Below are positions 30,645 to 40,079 of a DNA stretch of 64,000 nt, piece after piece (the stretch's first letter is position 1; every line of letters begins with the position of its first letter). This DNA comes from Faecousia sp. GTDB taxonomy: Bacteria; Bacillota; Clostridia; Oscillospirales; Oscillospiraceae. The notes below the pieces were generated by a model that was not told the origin of the DNA, searched no databases, and saw only the letters and a list, made by a program, of their open reading frames with translations. Both the position numbers and the translations under genes were made by a program. The stretch is from NCBI GenBank assembly GCA_045595075.1, contig JAZNZT010000028.1, positions 47,162 to 111,161 on the forward strand, read 5' to 3'.

Positions 30645-31241
30645 ATGTTTGTATATGAAAAGAAATTACAGTATCCTGTAAAAATTGATCGTCCGAATCC
30701 AAGACTTGCAGCTATTATTATTTCACAGTACGGCGGTCCGGACGGTGAACTTGGAGCATCGCTTCGGTATCTGTCTCAGCGATATTCTATGCCCTTTGAC
30801 GAATTAAAAGGTTTGCTCACTGACATCGGAACTGAAGAGTTGAACCACCTGGAAATGGTAGGCGCAATCATACACCAGTTGACCAGAAATTTAAAAGATT
30901 CTCAAATTCAGGATTCCGCATTTGCGCCTTACTTCGTGGATCACACAACTGGCGTATACCCTCAGTTTGCTTCAGGAACACCCTGGACAGCCGCAACAAT
31001 GCAGGTCAAGGGAGATCCAATTACCGACCTGGCAGAGGATATGGGCGCAGAACAAAAGGCTCGGGTAACCTACGATAATATACTTCGGTTAAGCGATGAT
31101 CCTGATGTAAACAATGTTATTAAATTCCTAAGAGAACGAGAGGTAGTACACTTCCAAAGATTCGGTGAGGCGATGCAGCTTTTAAGAGAAAAATTAAATC
31201 AGAAAAACGTATACTATATGAACCCGGCGTTTGATATGTAA
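30645..31241 (+). CDS. cotJC: Manganese catalase family spore coat protein CotJC
   Basis: YEKKLQYPV, QYGGPDGEL, DIGTEELNHLE, REREVVHFQRF. Confidence 0.95.
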   Translation: MFVYEKKLQYPVKIDRPNPRLAAIIISQYGGPDGELGASLRYLSQRYSMPFDELKGLLTDIGTEELNHLEMVGAIIHQLTRNLKDSQIQDSAFAPYFVDHTTGVYPQFASGTPWTAATMQVKGDPITDLAEDMGAEQKARVTYDNILRLSDDPDVNNVIKFLREREVVHFQRFGEAMQLLREKLNQKNVYYMNPAFDM

Positions 31242-31246
31242 AAATA

Positions 31247-31271
31247 GTCCCTGCAGTTATTCTGCAGGGAC
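31247..31271. terminator. Hairpin between convergent cotJC and ispA
   Basis: GTCCCTGCAG-N5-CTGCAGGGAC. Confidence 0.65.
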
Positions 31272-31283
31272 ATTCATATAGGA

Positions 31284-32156
31284 TCAGGAAACTCTGTCAG
31301 TCAAATTTTTTGCAAGGGTAATCATGTATTCAGGTTCGTTAAAACAATTAAGAGCATTAATGGCATCTTCTGTGTGAGACCGTACAAGGCTGTCACAGGT
31401 ATCCAATCCGTAAAGATGGACAAATGTGTTTTTGTTGGAATCGGTCTGAACAGACTTACCAAGCTGCTTAGAATCACCGATAACATCCAGCATATCATCC
31501 CGAATCTGAAAAGCAAGACCAATATGTGTAGAAAAACGCCTTGCTGCATCAATTTTTGATGCATCCCCCTCTCCTGCCAGAACACCTAGAACACATGCTG
31601 CCTGGATCAACGCGCCGGTCTTGCGCGATTGAATATCAATCACTTCCTGTTTGGTGCATTGACGCTCCTCGCTCTGAATGTCCAAGACCTGACCGCCAAC
31701 CATACCCAATTCTCCGGCTGCAAGAGAAAGCTCTTTAACGGCCTTTATCCGGATATCCGTCGAATAGGGCGCTCCGGTTAATTGGAAAAATGCGGAAGTC
31801 AACAATGCATCTCCCGCCAATACGGCAACAGCTTCGCCAAATACCTTATGATTTGTTGGATTCCCCCGACGAAAATCGTCATTATCCATACAAGGAAGAT
31901 CATCGTGGATCAAGCTGTAAGTATGAATCATTTCTACCGCTGCAGCGAAGGAATCCGCTTTTCTCCAGTCACCTCCGCACATGCGGCAAAAATCATAAAC
32001 GAAAATCGGGCGTAATCTTTTTCCTCCTGCCAATAAGCTATAGCGCATTGATTCAAATAATTTTTTTTGCGGTTGGGATTCATAACGGAAACATGATTGA
32101 TCCAAATAGTTTTCAATATGATTACGATAAGAATTGGTCAAATTATCAAAGTTCAT
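31284..32156 (-). CDS. ispA: Polyprenyl (farnesyl) diphosphate synthase
   Basis: GGKRLRP, HTYSLIHDDLPCMDNDDFRRG, KTG, FQIRDDMLD. Confidence 0.95.
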   Translation of the reverse strand: MNFDNLTNSYRNHIENYLDQSCFRYESQPQKKLFESMRYSLLAGGKRLRPIFVYDFCRMCGGDWRKADSFAAAVEMIHTYSLIHDDLPCMDNDDFRRGNPTNHKVFGEAVAVLAGDALLTSAFFQLTGAPYSTDIRIKAVKELSLAAGELGMVGGQVLDIQSEERQCTKQEVIDIQSRKTGALIQAACVLGVLAGEGDASKIDAARRFSTHIGLAFQIRDDMLDVIGDSKQLGKSVQTDSNKNTFVHLYGLDTCDSLVRSHTEDAINALNCFNEPEYMITLAKNLTDRVS

Positions 32157-32379
32157 CTGCAAAATTCTCCTCTACAGGACTTCCGTCAGCCGATGCAGAG
32201 ATCTTCTTCACCTTAAGTTCTGCTTCGTCTAAAAGCTTTCCGCAGTTTCTGACCAAATCAGTGCCTTCCTGGAATAATTTGAGAGATTCTTCAAGAGGTA
32301 CATCTCCCCGTTCCATTGCGCGAACAATCTGCTCAAGACGCTGCATATTTTCCTCAAAGGTTTTGTTCTTGGTGCTCAT
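32146..32379 (-). CDS. xseB: Exodeoxyribonuclease VII small subunit
   Basis: FEE.M.RLE.IV..ME....LEESL.LF.EG. Confidence 0.96.
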   Translation of the reverse strand: MSTKNKTFEENMQRLEQIVRAMERGDVPLEESLKLFQEGTDLVRNCGKLLDEAELKVKKISASADGSPVEENFADEL

Positions 32380-33584
32380 TTAGAACGCTCCTTTATTTCC
32401 GTAATTTTAGCAATTAATGATCCGTCGCTCAGTCGGATATGAACATCATCACCGGTATTCAGCTCGAAAACAGAGCGAATCAGGCTGCCATCGGATTTGC
32501 TTGCTACAGAATAACCTCTGGTCAAAACTTTCAGCGGACTCATAGCGTCAAGCTTTGCGGTCAATGACACATAGGAATTCCTTTTAAGACTGATATTTTT
32601 GGAATATTCAGAGGTTAGCCGTTGCAGTAAATGTTCCAGGGAGTTGCGACGCAAGGCAAAATATTGAGTTGGATCCTGAAGTACAGGGCGCTCAGAAAGT
32701 ATATTTAGATTTGCTCTTGCGTTTTTGACTTGTCTTCGAAGCGACGAAGCCATAGACACAGTCATAGAATCCATACTTTGACGAAGCGCATTCTGATCTG
32801 GGACAACAATTTCCGCGGCGTTAGAGGGTGTAGCAGCCCTCACATCTGCTACATAGTCAGATATGGTAACATCCGGTTCATGACCTACTGCTGAGATCAC
32901 AGGAATCATTGATCGATAAATAGCATAGGCGACCAGTTCATCGTTAAATGCCCAAAGATCTTCTATTGAACCGCCTCCACGGCCTACGATCAAGACATCT
33001 GCCAGTTCATATCGATTCGCATAATCAATAGCTGCAGCTATCTCCCCCGGTGCTTCAGCGCCTTGAACACGTACAGGTAATAGCTTCACCTCTGCTAATG
33101 GATATCTCTTATTTAGAATACGAAGTATATCATGAATAGCTGCTCCGGCAGAGCTGGTTATAATACCAATCCGTTCTGGATAGGCAGGTAGTGGTTTTTT
33201 ATGCTCCGGATCAAATAATCCTTGAGCAGCAAGTTTTGTTTTCAGTTGTTCAAAGGCTGCGTGCAAGTCCCCTACCCCGTCTATAACCATGGCTGTACAG
33301 TATAGCTGATAGGCGCCGTCCCGGGGATATACACTCACTTTCCCCATAACAATAACTTGCATTCCGTTATCCGGTTTAAAACGAAGCCGCATGGCATTTC
33401 CCCGGAACATGACGCAACGAATTGCGCTGCCTTCATCCTTTAATGAGAAATAATGATGGCCTGAGGGATAAACTTTGTAATTGCTTATCTCGCCTTTTAC
33501 CGCAAGATTACAAAGAAACGGATCTTTGTCCATTACCCCGCGAATATATTCATTTACCTGTGTAACAGACAGTGTTTGCTGCAT
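32376..33584 (-). CDS. xseA: Exodeoxyribonuclease VII large subunit
   Basis: GEISN..SGHHYFSLKD, RGGGSIEDLWAFN, SAVGHE, TPSNAAE. Confidence 0.97.
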   Translation of the reverse strand: MQQTLSVTQVNEYIRGVMDKDPFLCNLAVKGEISNYKVYPSGHHYFSLKDEGSAIRCVMFRGNAMRLRFKPDNGMQVIVMGKVSVYPRDGAYQLYCTAMVIDGVGDLHAAFEQLKTKLAAQGLFDPEHKKPLPAYPERIGIITSSAGAAIHDILRILNKRYPLAEVKLLPVRVQGAEAPGEIAAAIDYANRYELADVLIVGRGGGSIEDLWAFNDELVAYAIYRSMIPVISAVGHEPDVTISDYVADVRAATPSNAAEIVVPDQNALRQSMDSMTVSMASSLRRQVKNARANLNILSERPVLQDPTQYFALRRNSLEHLLQRLTSEYSKNISLKRNSYVSLTAKLDAMSPLKVLTRGYSVASKSDGSLIRSVFELNTGDDVHIRLSDGSLIAKITEIKERSK

Positions 33585-33585
33585 A

Positions 33586-34509
33586 TTAATCCTCCTGCGC
33601 TCGATAGGTCAGCACAGCTGTTCCCAAAGCGTTGTCTGTAGAATATTTAGGTTCAGCAAAAATTGGATCACAGGGTGCCATAATATTGCGAAGCATCCGG
33701 TTTGAAGAAACGCCTCCGGAAAAAACAACAGGAAGACCCGGGTAAGATTTCATTGCGTTTTCAGTAGCGCGCAAAATAGTATTACAAATACTGCGAAGGG
33801 CATAACCGGCAACCTCAGCAGAGTCCGGATATCTCTCATAAAATGCTGTAACCTTGTTTTGAACGCCGGAAAATGAGAAGGTCATATCCGTACATTTGAC
33901 ACGAAAGAAGTCAGAACCGGTACATTTGTCACACAACGAATCCAAGTGTTTTCCCGATGGGAAAGGGAGTTCTAAAAGCTGACCTGTTCGATCAATCAGC
34001 TGTCCTGCAGATATGTCCGATGTTCCGCCAATTTTAGTGCATATCACAGATTTATGATTCGGTTCAACATACAAAAGTTCTGTTGTTCCTCCGGACAGAT
34101 GCCAAGCTAAATGAGGCGTATCCATCAAGTCCATTCGCCCGGCGCTCCATGCAATTGCGGCAACATGTCCTTCCTGATGAGAAAATTCGTGAAGGGGAAC
34201 GTGTAAAAGTTCAGCAAGCATTTTTGCATGGGAATAGCCGACCATGAAACAAGGCATATAGCTGCCTTCCACATTTCTTGGTCGGGTGCTGACGCCAACA
34301 GCCGTGATCTCATCTGCATTCACATTACAAAATAGCCTGCTGGAGAGTTCCGGCAGGCCTTTTGTATGATGGAAAACAGCATCACTTTGACGCAGCCCCA
34401 ACTCCCCTGCTTTAACAGGCAACAGCTTAGATATATTCTCTGCTCGGTTGCCGTCAAAAAATGCGATAGAAGTTGTATAGTTGCTGGTATCAAAGCCAAT
34501 AACGCTCAT
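33586..34509 (-). CDS. TsaD/Kae1-family paralogue (peptidase M22-like)
   Basis: GFDTSNYTTS, HQEGH, LSGGTTE, DISAGQLIDR, GGVSSN, STDNA. Confidence 0.85.
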   Translation of the reverse strand: MSVIGFDTSNYTTSIAFFDGNRAENISKLLPVKAGELGLRQSDAVFHHTKGLPELSSRLFCNVNADEITAVGVSTRPRNVEGSYMPCFMVGYSHAKMLAELLHVPLHEFSHQEGHVAAIAWSAGRMDLMDTPHLAWHLSGGTTELLYVEPNHKSVICTKIGGTSDISAGQLIDRTGQLLELPFPSGKHLDSLCDKCTGSDFFRVKCTDMTFSFSGVQNKVTAFYERYPDSAEVAGYALRSICNTILRATENAMKSYPGLPVVFSGGVSSNRMLRNIMAPCDPIFAEPKYSTDNALGTAVLTYRAQED

Positions 34510-34964
34510 TTTGCTACCTCAGCATCCAGGCTTCTGGCGAAACTGCCAAGAATACCATTAACGAAAGAACCGGTGTCGTCACCGTCGTATAGTTTTGCGA
34601 TCCGTACTGCCTCAGAAATTGCAACACCAGTCGGAACATCTTCAATATACAGAATCTCAAACATAGCTAACTGCATGATGGTACGAGCGAGTCTGGAAAT
34701 TCTGCTAATGTCCCATCCAATAGAAAATTTCTGAATATTCTTGTTGAGAATATCCGAACGGTTTGCTACGCCGGAAACAACCGTATCAATATATGCGAGC
34801 TGAATACTGTTTGGCCGATCTGTATAAACATCATTTTCAGATGCCAGCATAGAATAGTATTCCTTATCCAACCTGGTAGAAATTACTTCGTTGGGTTCCT
34901 CACCTGTAAAACTTCTTCCGTAAATCAAATGTACAGCCAGTTCTCTGGCATTTGCCCTAGTCAT
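34506..34964 (-). CDS. nusB: Transcription antitermination factor NusB
   Basis: R..ARE.A, GW...RI, VAISEAV..AK.Y....FVNGILG. Confidence 0.95.
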   Translation of the reverse strand: MTRANARELAVHLIYGRSFTGEEPNEVISTRLDKEYYSMLASENDVYTDRPNSIQLAYIDTVVSGVANRSDILNKNIQKFSIGWDISRISRLARTIMQLAMFEILYIEDVPTGVAISEAVRIAKLYDGDDTGSFVNGILGSFARSLDAEVAK

Positions 34965-34973
34965 GTTAACTCC

Positions 34974-35342
34974 TTACTGGCGAACGATTCCACAGACATT
35001 TACATTGACAGCAGCAACAGCTACGCCGGCAATGGATTCCACTGCAGAAGCAACTGCTTCCTGAACTGACTTTGCAACGGTTACGACACTCTGGCCATAA
35101 TTTACTGTGACATTACAATCAATAGAAAGCTCATTGTTCTCACCGATGATCACCTTTAAACCCTTTCCCCAGTTTTTCTTTCCGATGATCTCAGCAATAT
35201 CAGCGCCGGGTTTAACGGCTAAGCCGATAATGCCTTCTACCTCGGATACAGCATGGGAAACGATGGTTGCGATGACATCCTCAGAAATCATAACACTGCC
35301 GTTCTCTTGAGTTTGTGTAATATACTGCTTATTCTCAGCCAT
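34974..35342 (-). CDS. Asp23/Gls24 family protein (YqhY-like)
   Basis: G.V.ISEDVIATI..A..EVEG, VQ..V...VE.....V..VNVNV; upstream of nusB. Confidence 0.9.
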   Translation of the reverse strand: MAENKQYITQTQENGSVMISEDVIATIVSHAVSEVEGIIGLAVKPGADIAEIIGKKNWGKGLKVIIGENNELSIDCNVTVNYGQSVVTVAKSVQEAVASAVESIAGVAVAAVNVNVCGIVRQ

Positions 35343-35444
35343 AAAATAACCTCCAATACTAAATCATGCAAATGCATTACATCTTTAGTTTATTCTACCA
35401 CAAATCCTAAAAAATACAACTGTTTTCTATTAACAAGTTAAATA

Positions 35445-35470
35445 CCCCCGAAGGCAAGGGCCTCCGGGGG
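35445..35470 (-). terminator. Terminator of spoIIIA operon
   Basis: CCCCCG.AGGC...GCCT.CGGGGG hairpin just after spoIIIAH stop. Confidence 0.65.
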
Positions 35471-35477
35471 AAAACAA

Positions 35478-36029
35478 TTAATGCACTTCAACAACGTGAA
35501 TATCATCCATGGTAAACTCTGATTGAGAAATTACAATATCCGCGATAACTGCCACATCTGTCTCTACAAGACCACCTTCAGGAGAGGCCACCGCAACAGA
35601 AATGCCCTTTTCGTTGATATAGGCAACACAGTCTGTATATCCCTTTGCAATCACCAAACTTTCAATCTGCGCCTCGCATAGAGCAGTTTGAACAATCTCT
35701 TCTAGCTGTTCATTTGTCTGTGTTGAGGCAGAGTCCTCATATGCCATAGCCTCCTGCAACAGGCCAACAGCGCTGTCCCTTGCCTGTTGACGGGATAAGC
35801 GGACAGCCGCGAAATAATCGGTGATCGTATTGTTCGTCTGATTATCCAAAGAATCCACATTGTTCTCGCTCATTACAAGCATATCCGAGGATAATATCTT
35901 ATCTCCATTAAGGGTGTCTTCCAAATTTACTGCAGTTTCATTTTCAGTATAAAGCCAATTAACATATATTCCACCGCAAACTGTGGCAAGGATGGCCGCT
36001 GCAACAATATTCTTTTTCCATTTCTTCAT
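35478..36029 (-). CDS. spoIIIAH: Stage III sporulation protein AH
   Basis: TM, YFAAVRLSRQQARD, ESLVIAKGY.DCV; last gene of operon. Confidence 0.9.
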   Translation of the reverse strand: MKKWKKNIVAAAILATVCGGIYVNWLYTENETAVNLEDTLNGDKILSSDMLVMSENNVDSLDNQTNNTITDYFAAVRLSRQQARDSAVGLLQEAMAYEDSASTQTNEQLEEIVQTALCEAQIESLVIAKGYTDCVAYINEKGISVAVASPEGGLVETDVAVIADIVISQSEFTMDDIHVVEVH

Positions 36030-36043
36030 AATAACTTCCTCCA

Positions 36044-36550
36044 TTACTTCATTTTCAAAACTGAGATCCGATCAGAACCCAAACCGGTCACATTGGATAC
36101 TGCGTCGATAATAGCAAGTCTTACTGTTGAACTGTCAGCGCCCTGACATACTATAATTGCTCCTTTATAACTGGCGGCATTTACTTTACGAATTAATCCG
36201 GATTCATTACGGTTTGTATCTTGAATGATTACTGTTTTGGAATTCGTTGATTCGGAATCTCCGGATACGGAAGCATCCTGATCTGTTTGGTATATGATCT
36301 CCTCACCTATATCTACCGACAGAAATACTTTTACCTTACCTGCTCCTTCTACAACACTCAGCAATGATTCCATCTGCTCCTCAATGGATATCTGCGCCTT
36401 TTCTTTTTCACTGTTTATAGAAGTGCCTGTGTTTTTACTGCCGCTTGCAGGCAACAGCATTAATACGATCCCGACAACAAGTATTAATGCCGCATATTTA
36501 TATTTTCTAAATAGTTCACATACTTTATTCAACAAATTTTTTATGTCCAC
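36044..36550 (-). CDS. spoIIIAG: Stage III sporulation protein AG
   Basis: LS.VEGAGKVKV, GAIIVCQGAD..VR..I..AV..VTGL..DRISVLKM. Confidence 0.92.
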   Translation of the reverse strand: MDIKNLLNKVCELFRKYKYAALILVVGIVLMLLPASGSKNTGTSINSEKEKAQISIEEQMESLLSVVEGAGKVKVFLSVDIGEEIIYQTDQDASVSGDSESTNSKTVIIQDTNRNESGLIRKVNAASYKGAIIVCQGADSSTVRLAIIDAVSNVTGLGSDRISVLKMK

Positions 36551-37014
36551 TTTTGTCTTTCCTCCGGTATTGCCAAATCATTTACAATTATCTCCTGCAA
36601 TTTTGTTTTTGAATGCGGAGAGATTGCTCCTGTTATTTCAACGCTATACGGTGAAGACGGAACTGTATCGCTTAATGTCACCTCCACCTCAATAGTTAGC
36701 CCCATATAAGACGCTTTGTCCAAAATATATGCCTCTGTCTTATCTTTTATGATATCACGGTATGCATTGTTTGCCTCACTTTCTCCGTAGTCAATTATCT
36801 GATCTGATTCCATCTGGATGTTCGACCAATAACCTTGAATGTTATCCAGACTAAAATTTGCTAGGGGTGAAACTGCGGTAATGGCAATAAACAATCCGCA
36901 TATCATGCGAATTGCACTTCTTTGCGCACAATCCTTAGGAATCAGCGTGTTCACAATGCTGCAAACCATCGCCGCAGCGATAATACTAAGCAAATATTCG
37001 CGAACACTGTTCAT
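36541..37014 (-). CDS. spoIIIAF: Stage III sporulation protein AF
   Basis: Two N-terminal TMs, position in operon. Confidence 0.82.
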   Translation of the reverse strand: MNSVREYLLSIIAAAMVCSIVNTLIPKDCAQRSAIRMICGLFIAITAVSPLANFSLDNIQGYWSNIQMESDQIIDYGESEANNAYRDIIKDKTEAYILDKASYMGLTIEVEVTLSDTVPSSPYSVEITGAISPHSKTKLQEIIVNDLAIPEERQKWT

Positions 37015-38054
37015 CAGGAAACTCCTTTCATGAAGCAAACAGTACTGATCAATAGGAACAAACACAACACTCCGGTCATAGCCAAAAGCATACCCATTGC
37101 ACCTGAAAAGTCATCAATCAGCGGCGTAATCTGTTTTGCGCTGAAAATATTACATATTCCTGATGTTATCTTTAAGAGAATATATTGTATGCCAATTTGC
37201 ATAAAAGGTCCTATCCATACTGCAATAATCGCTAATAGTCCATATACGCCAACAGCACTTTTCATAAGACTCGCGCTGACAAGGATCGTTTCAGATGCAT
37301 CAGAGACGATTCCTCCCACTATGGGAACAAATCCTGAAATTGCTAATTTTGTTGCTTTAACTGCGGAAGCATCCGCTGTACCACTAACTACACCGGTAAC
37401 ACCTATATATCCGGTAAATATATACAATATGATTTTCAAACTCCATGTCATCAACCATTTGACAAATTTCTTGATATTTTTCAGAAGGTCATCTTCCATT
37501 GCGCTATTTGCTATACTAACACAAATATATATATAGATCATCGGAACAATTATCTTGCTGATCAGCGCGCCAAGAACGGTATTAAACAACGCTGTCCCGG
37601 CATATAAGGCTGCAGACGACGTAATACCTCCCTGTGCTGCCAGTGCGGCTGTCATTACAGGCAGAAGCAGTTTCCCATATTCGCTTATTTCCTGCACGTT
37701 ATTTACGCCAAGATTGATCAAAGAATTTGTAGGTCTTAGCAATGAAATGCTGACCATTATAGTGGCGACAAACTTGATTGCAATATTTGAGGAATTTGAA
37801 AAATTTTTAAATATAGACACCAGAATTACAGCAGCAATCAACGAACAACATACTCCGGTGCTTTCTGAGATACTCGGTGCCATTTCAGCTAATGCTGATT
37901 TAATTACATACCAGAGTCCATCTCCAAAGGATTCTATATCTGCAGGCATATATTCCTGTCCTGTTTCCGGAACTGGCGGTGCTGTAAACTCCATTGCGAA
38001 CACAGGAACAGTCAAAATATATATAATAAATAGCAGGATAATTCCTTTTCTCAT
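37014..38054 (-). CDS. spoIIIAE: Stage III sporulation protein AE
   Basis: LLPVM..AL...GG..S, FVPIVGGIVSDA.ETI..SA..MK..VG. Confidence 0.92.
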   Translation of the reverse strand: MRKGIILLFIIYILTVPVFAMEFTAPPVPETGQEYMPADIESFGDGLWYVIKSALAEMAPSISESTGVCCSLIAAVILVSIFKNFSNSSNIAIKFVATIMVSISLLRPTNSLINLGVNNVQEISEYGKLLLPVMTAALAAQGGITSSAALYAGTALFNTVLGALISKIIVPMIYIYICVSIANSAMEDDLLKNIKKFVKWLMTWSLKIILYIFTGYIGVTGVVSGTADASAVKATKLAISGFVPIVGGIVSDASETILVSASLMKSAVGVYGLLAIIAVWIGPFMQIGIQYILLKITSGICNIFSAKQITPLIDDFSGAMGMLLAMTGVLCLFLLISTVCFMKGVS

Positions 38055-38446
38055 GTATTCACCAAAATATCATCCAATAGATCTAACATACAATACAGCA
38101 GCGGAAGCGACAACCAGAGAATAACCGCAGATGCAAGAATTTTTATGGATTTTCCCAGAGATGCATTCCCTGCATCTGCGCAAATCATAGCAGTAAATTC
38201 CGATAGCAGTCCAATTCCGACTGTTTTAATAAGAATGGAAATCATCTCATGATCTAAATGCCCGATTTCTTCCAATTTTTGTACCAACGATATGATAGGT
38301 TTAAAAAAATCAAACCCCACTGCTATAACCATACAGCAAACAGCAATAGACAGCAGTAACGAAAAATCCTTATCATGTTTTGCTAAGGATATACATAAAA
38401 TTACAGCAAGCAAAACGCCGACGGTGACTTTTAAATAAATTGTCAT
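38051..38446 (-). CDS. spoIIIAD: Stage III sporulation protein AD
   Basis: LIKTVGIG.LSE....ICADAG..SLG. Confidence 0.92.
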   Translation of the reverse strand: MTIYLKVTVGVLLAVILCISLAKHDKDFSLLLSIAVCCMVIAVGFDFFKPIISLVQKLEEIGHLDHEMISILIKTVGIGLLSEFTAMICADAGNASLGKSIKILASAVILWLSLPLLYCMLDLLDDILVNT

Positions 38447-38640
38447 TAGAACTCAAATAATGTTTTCACCAAATCAAACAGCTCTGATATTTTTTGCGCA
38501 ACCATCATTAAAACAACAACCAAACCGGTTATTGTTGTCATGGTTGCTTGTTCTTCTCTGCCTGATCTTGCAAGAACCTGATTCAGGATCGAAATAATGA
38601 TTCCGATAGCGGCTATTTTAAATATAAGATCAATATCCAT
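38446..38640 (-). CDS. spoIIIAC: Stage III sporulation protein AC
   Basis: MDIDLIFKIAAIGI...LNQVL..SGREEQA. Confidence 0.96.
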   Translation of the reverse strand: MDIDLIFKIAAIGIIISILNQVLARSGREEQATMTTITGLVVVLMMVAQKISELFDLVKTLFEF

Positions 38641-38643
38641 AGG

Positions 38644-39156
38644 CTAAAATAAAAGAATTGCCATTGCAGTGCCAGCACAAAGCCCTAATGTCTGGTAACT
38701 GCGGATCCGAACTGCTTGGTCACTGCGCAGCTGTTCTAAATTTCTTCTGCATTCTTCACGAACGGAGTGTATCCCTTTTATTTGTCCTTCTAAGTCAAAT
38801 TTCCCGAGTGTACGGCCTAATTGATATAACGCGGTACGTGTAAAAGATGGTACATCTTTTCTTCTTGACAGGATCAATTCCATGCAGTGTTGCACGTCAG
38901 GCGCGGATTGTAGCTCAAGTTGTTCTGAAAGCTCCATGAAAATGTTTTTTAATGCGCCACTATTTTGATTTATCAGCTGCCTGCAAAGTTCCGATAAATG
39001 GGTCATCCGATACTGTAATTCCCATTCCATATAATCCAGGCTGTGTATAAGCTTTGTTAAAGTCTGAACTTCTTTTCGGTGAGCAGCTGCTGTCATAAAC
39101 CCGAAGCCGCCGCAACTTACGATAACAAAAACAGAACCTATCAGTTTCCATGTCAT
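38644..39156 (-). CDS. spoIIIAB: Stage III sporulation protein AB
   Basis: KLIG..., LG..LG.FD.EGQ, YQTLG...G C-terminal TM. Confidence 0.9.
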   Translation of the reverse strand: MTWKLIGSVFVIVSCGGFGFMTAAAHRKEVQTLTKLIHSLDYMEWELQYRMTHLSELCRQLINQNSGALKNIFMELSEQLELQSAPDVQHCMELILSRRKDVPSFTRTALYQLGRTLGKFDLEGQIKGIHSVREECRRNLEQLRSDQAVRIRSYQTLGLCAGTAMAILLF

Positions 39157-39998
39157 ACCTTTAACTTCTCCTCCTTCCAGGATTTATCTGATTGTAAAAC
39201 AATTAAACGATCAAATAGACCGGTTTCAAGAATCGGCTTGTACACAGGCCGATTAACAAGGTCATTTCTACTTGCAGCATGGGCTGTTGCTATCAAATTG
39301 ACACCGCACCATCCTGCGTGAATTAGGGCTTCACAATCTTCTGCTGCTGTTATTTCATCCACTGCAATCGTTTTTGGTCCCATGCTTCTAAGTACCATTT
39401 CTATTCCCTGGACTTTTTTGCAGCCTGTTAAAATATCGGTTCTTTTTCCAGTTGGAAAACAAGGAAGATTCTGAAAATACGGAAACACCTCTCCCCTCTC
39501 ATCAACCACCGCAACACACCCGGGTTGATTATCAGAGATATTTCGAATCAAATCCCGAAGCAATGTAGTTTTACCGCTTCCGGGTCTGCCAATAATTAAA
39601 ACAGAGCCATCAAAATTTCCAACATTTCTTGCAATACCTATATAATCCCTCGCAACCCTTATGCACAAAGATGTGGGGATAGAGATTCCTTTCATATGTC
39701 TGTCTGAAGTGACAGTTTCTCCGCACAATCCGATTCTATGTCCGCCGGCGCAGGTTATATAACCGTTTGCAATAGAGTCACTGGCCCACGGAGAATAACG
39801 GGATGCTACATTTAAACAAAACCGAAGATCTTCAGCTGTTACAGGTTTATTGATCCAGCCTGTCCATCCGTTTGTAATGATCTCAGATGGCATATTTAGT
39901 CGAATACGAAGCTCTTGTAACGTATCTTTATGCTTGTCTACCTCTTGCCGCATCCAGACAGGAATTAAATTAATAAATGCCTGCCATGCACACCTCAT
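39153..39998 (-). CDS. spoIIIAA: Stage III sporulation ATPase AA
   Basis: GYIT..GGHRIG.CG, GSGKTTLLRD, VDERGE, LRSM.P..IAVDEI, ATAH. Confidence 0.95.
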   Translation of the reverse strand: MRCAWQAFINLIPVWMRQEVDKHKDTLQELRIRLNMPSEIITNGWTGWINKPVTAEDLRFCLNVASRYSPWASDSIANGYITCAGGHRIGLCGETVTSDRHMKGISIPTSLCIRVARDYIGIARNVGNFDGSVLIIGRPGSGKTTLLRDLIRNISDNQPGCVAVVDERGEVFPYFQNLPCFPTGKRTDILTGCKKVQGIEMVLRSMGPKTIAVDEITAAEDCEALIHAGWCGVNLIATAHAASRNDLVNRPVYKPILETGLFDRLIVLQSDKSWKEEKLKV

Positions 39999-40016
39999 AT
40001 GCATCACTCCCACTCA

Positions 40017-40044
40017 AGACTATGCGCAACAACGGCATATATGC
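40017..40044 (-). promoter_or_regulatory. SigE-type promoter of spoIIIA operon
   Basis: GCATAT-14-CATAGTCT on minus strand. Confidence 0.65.
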
Positions 40045-40077
40045 AAAAAAGCTGACAGCAAAGCTGTCAGCTTTTTT
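40045..40077 (-). terminator. Terminator after ftsK
   Basis: AAAAAAGCTGACAGC-AAA-GCTGTCAGCTTTTTT. Confidence 0.9.
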
Positions 40078-40079
40078 GA

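Noticed and set aside
35478-40013. spoIIIAA-AH operon as a novel secretion-like system
   Set aside because: Well-known sporulation channel operon in standard gene order
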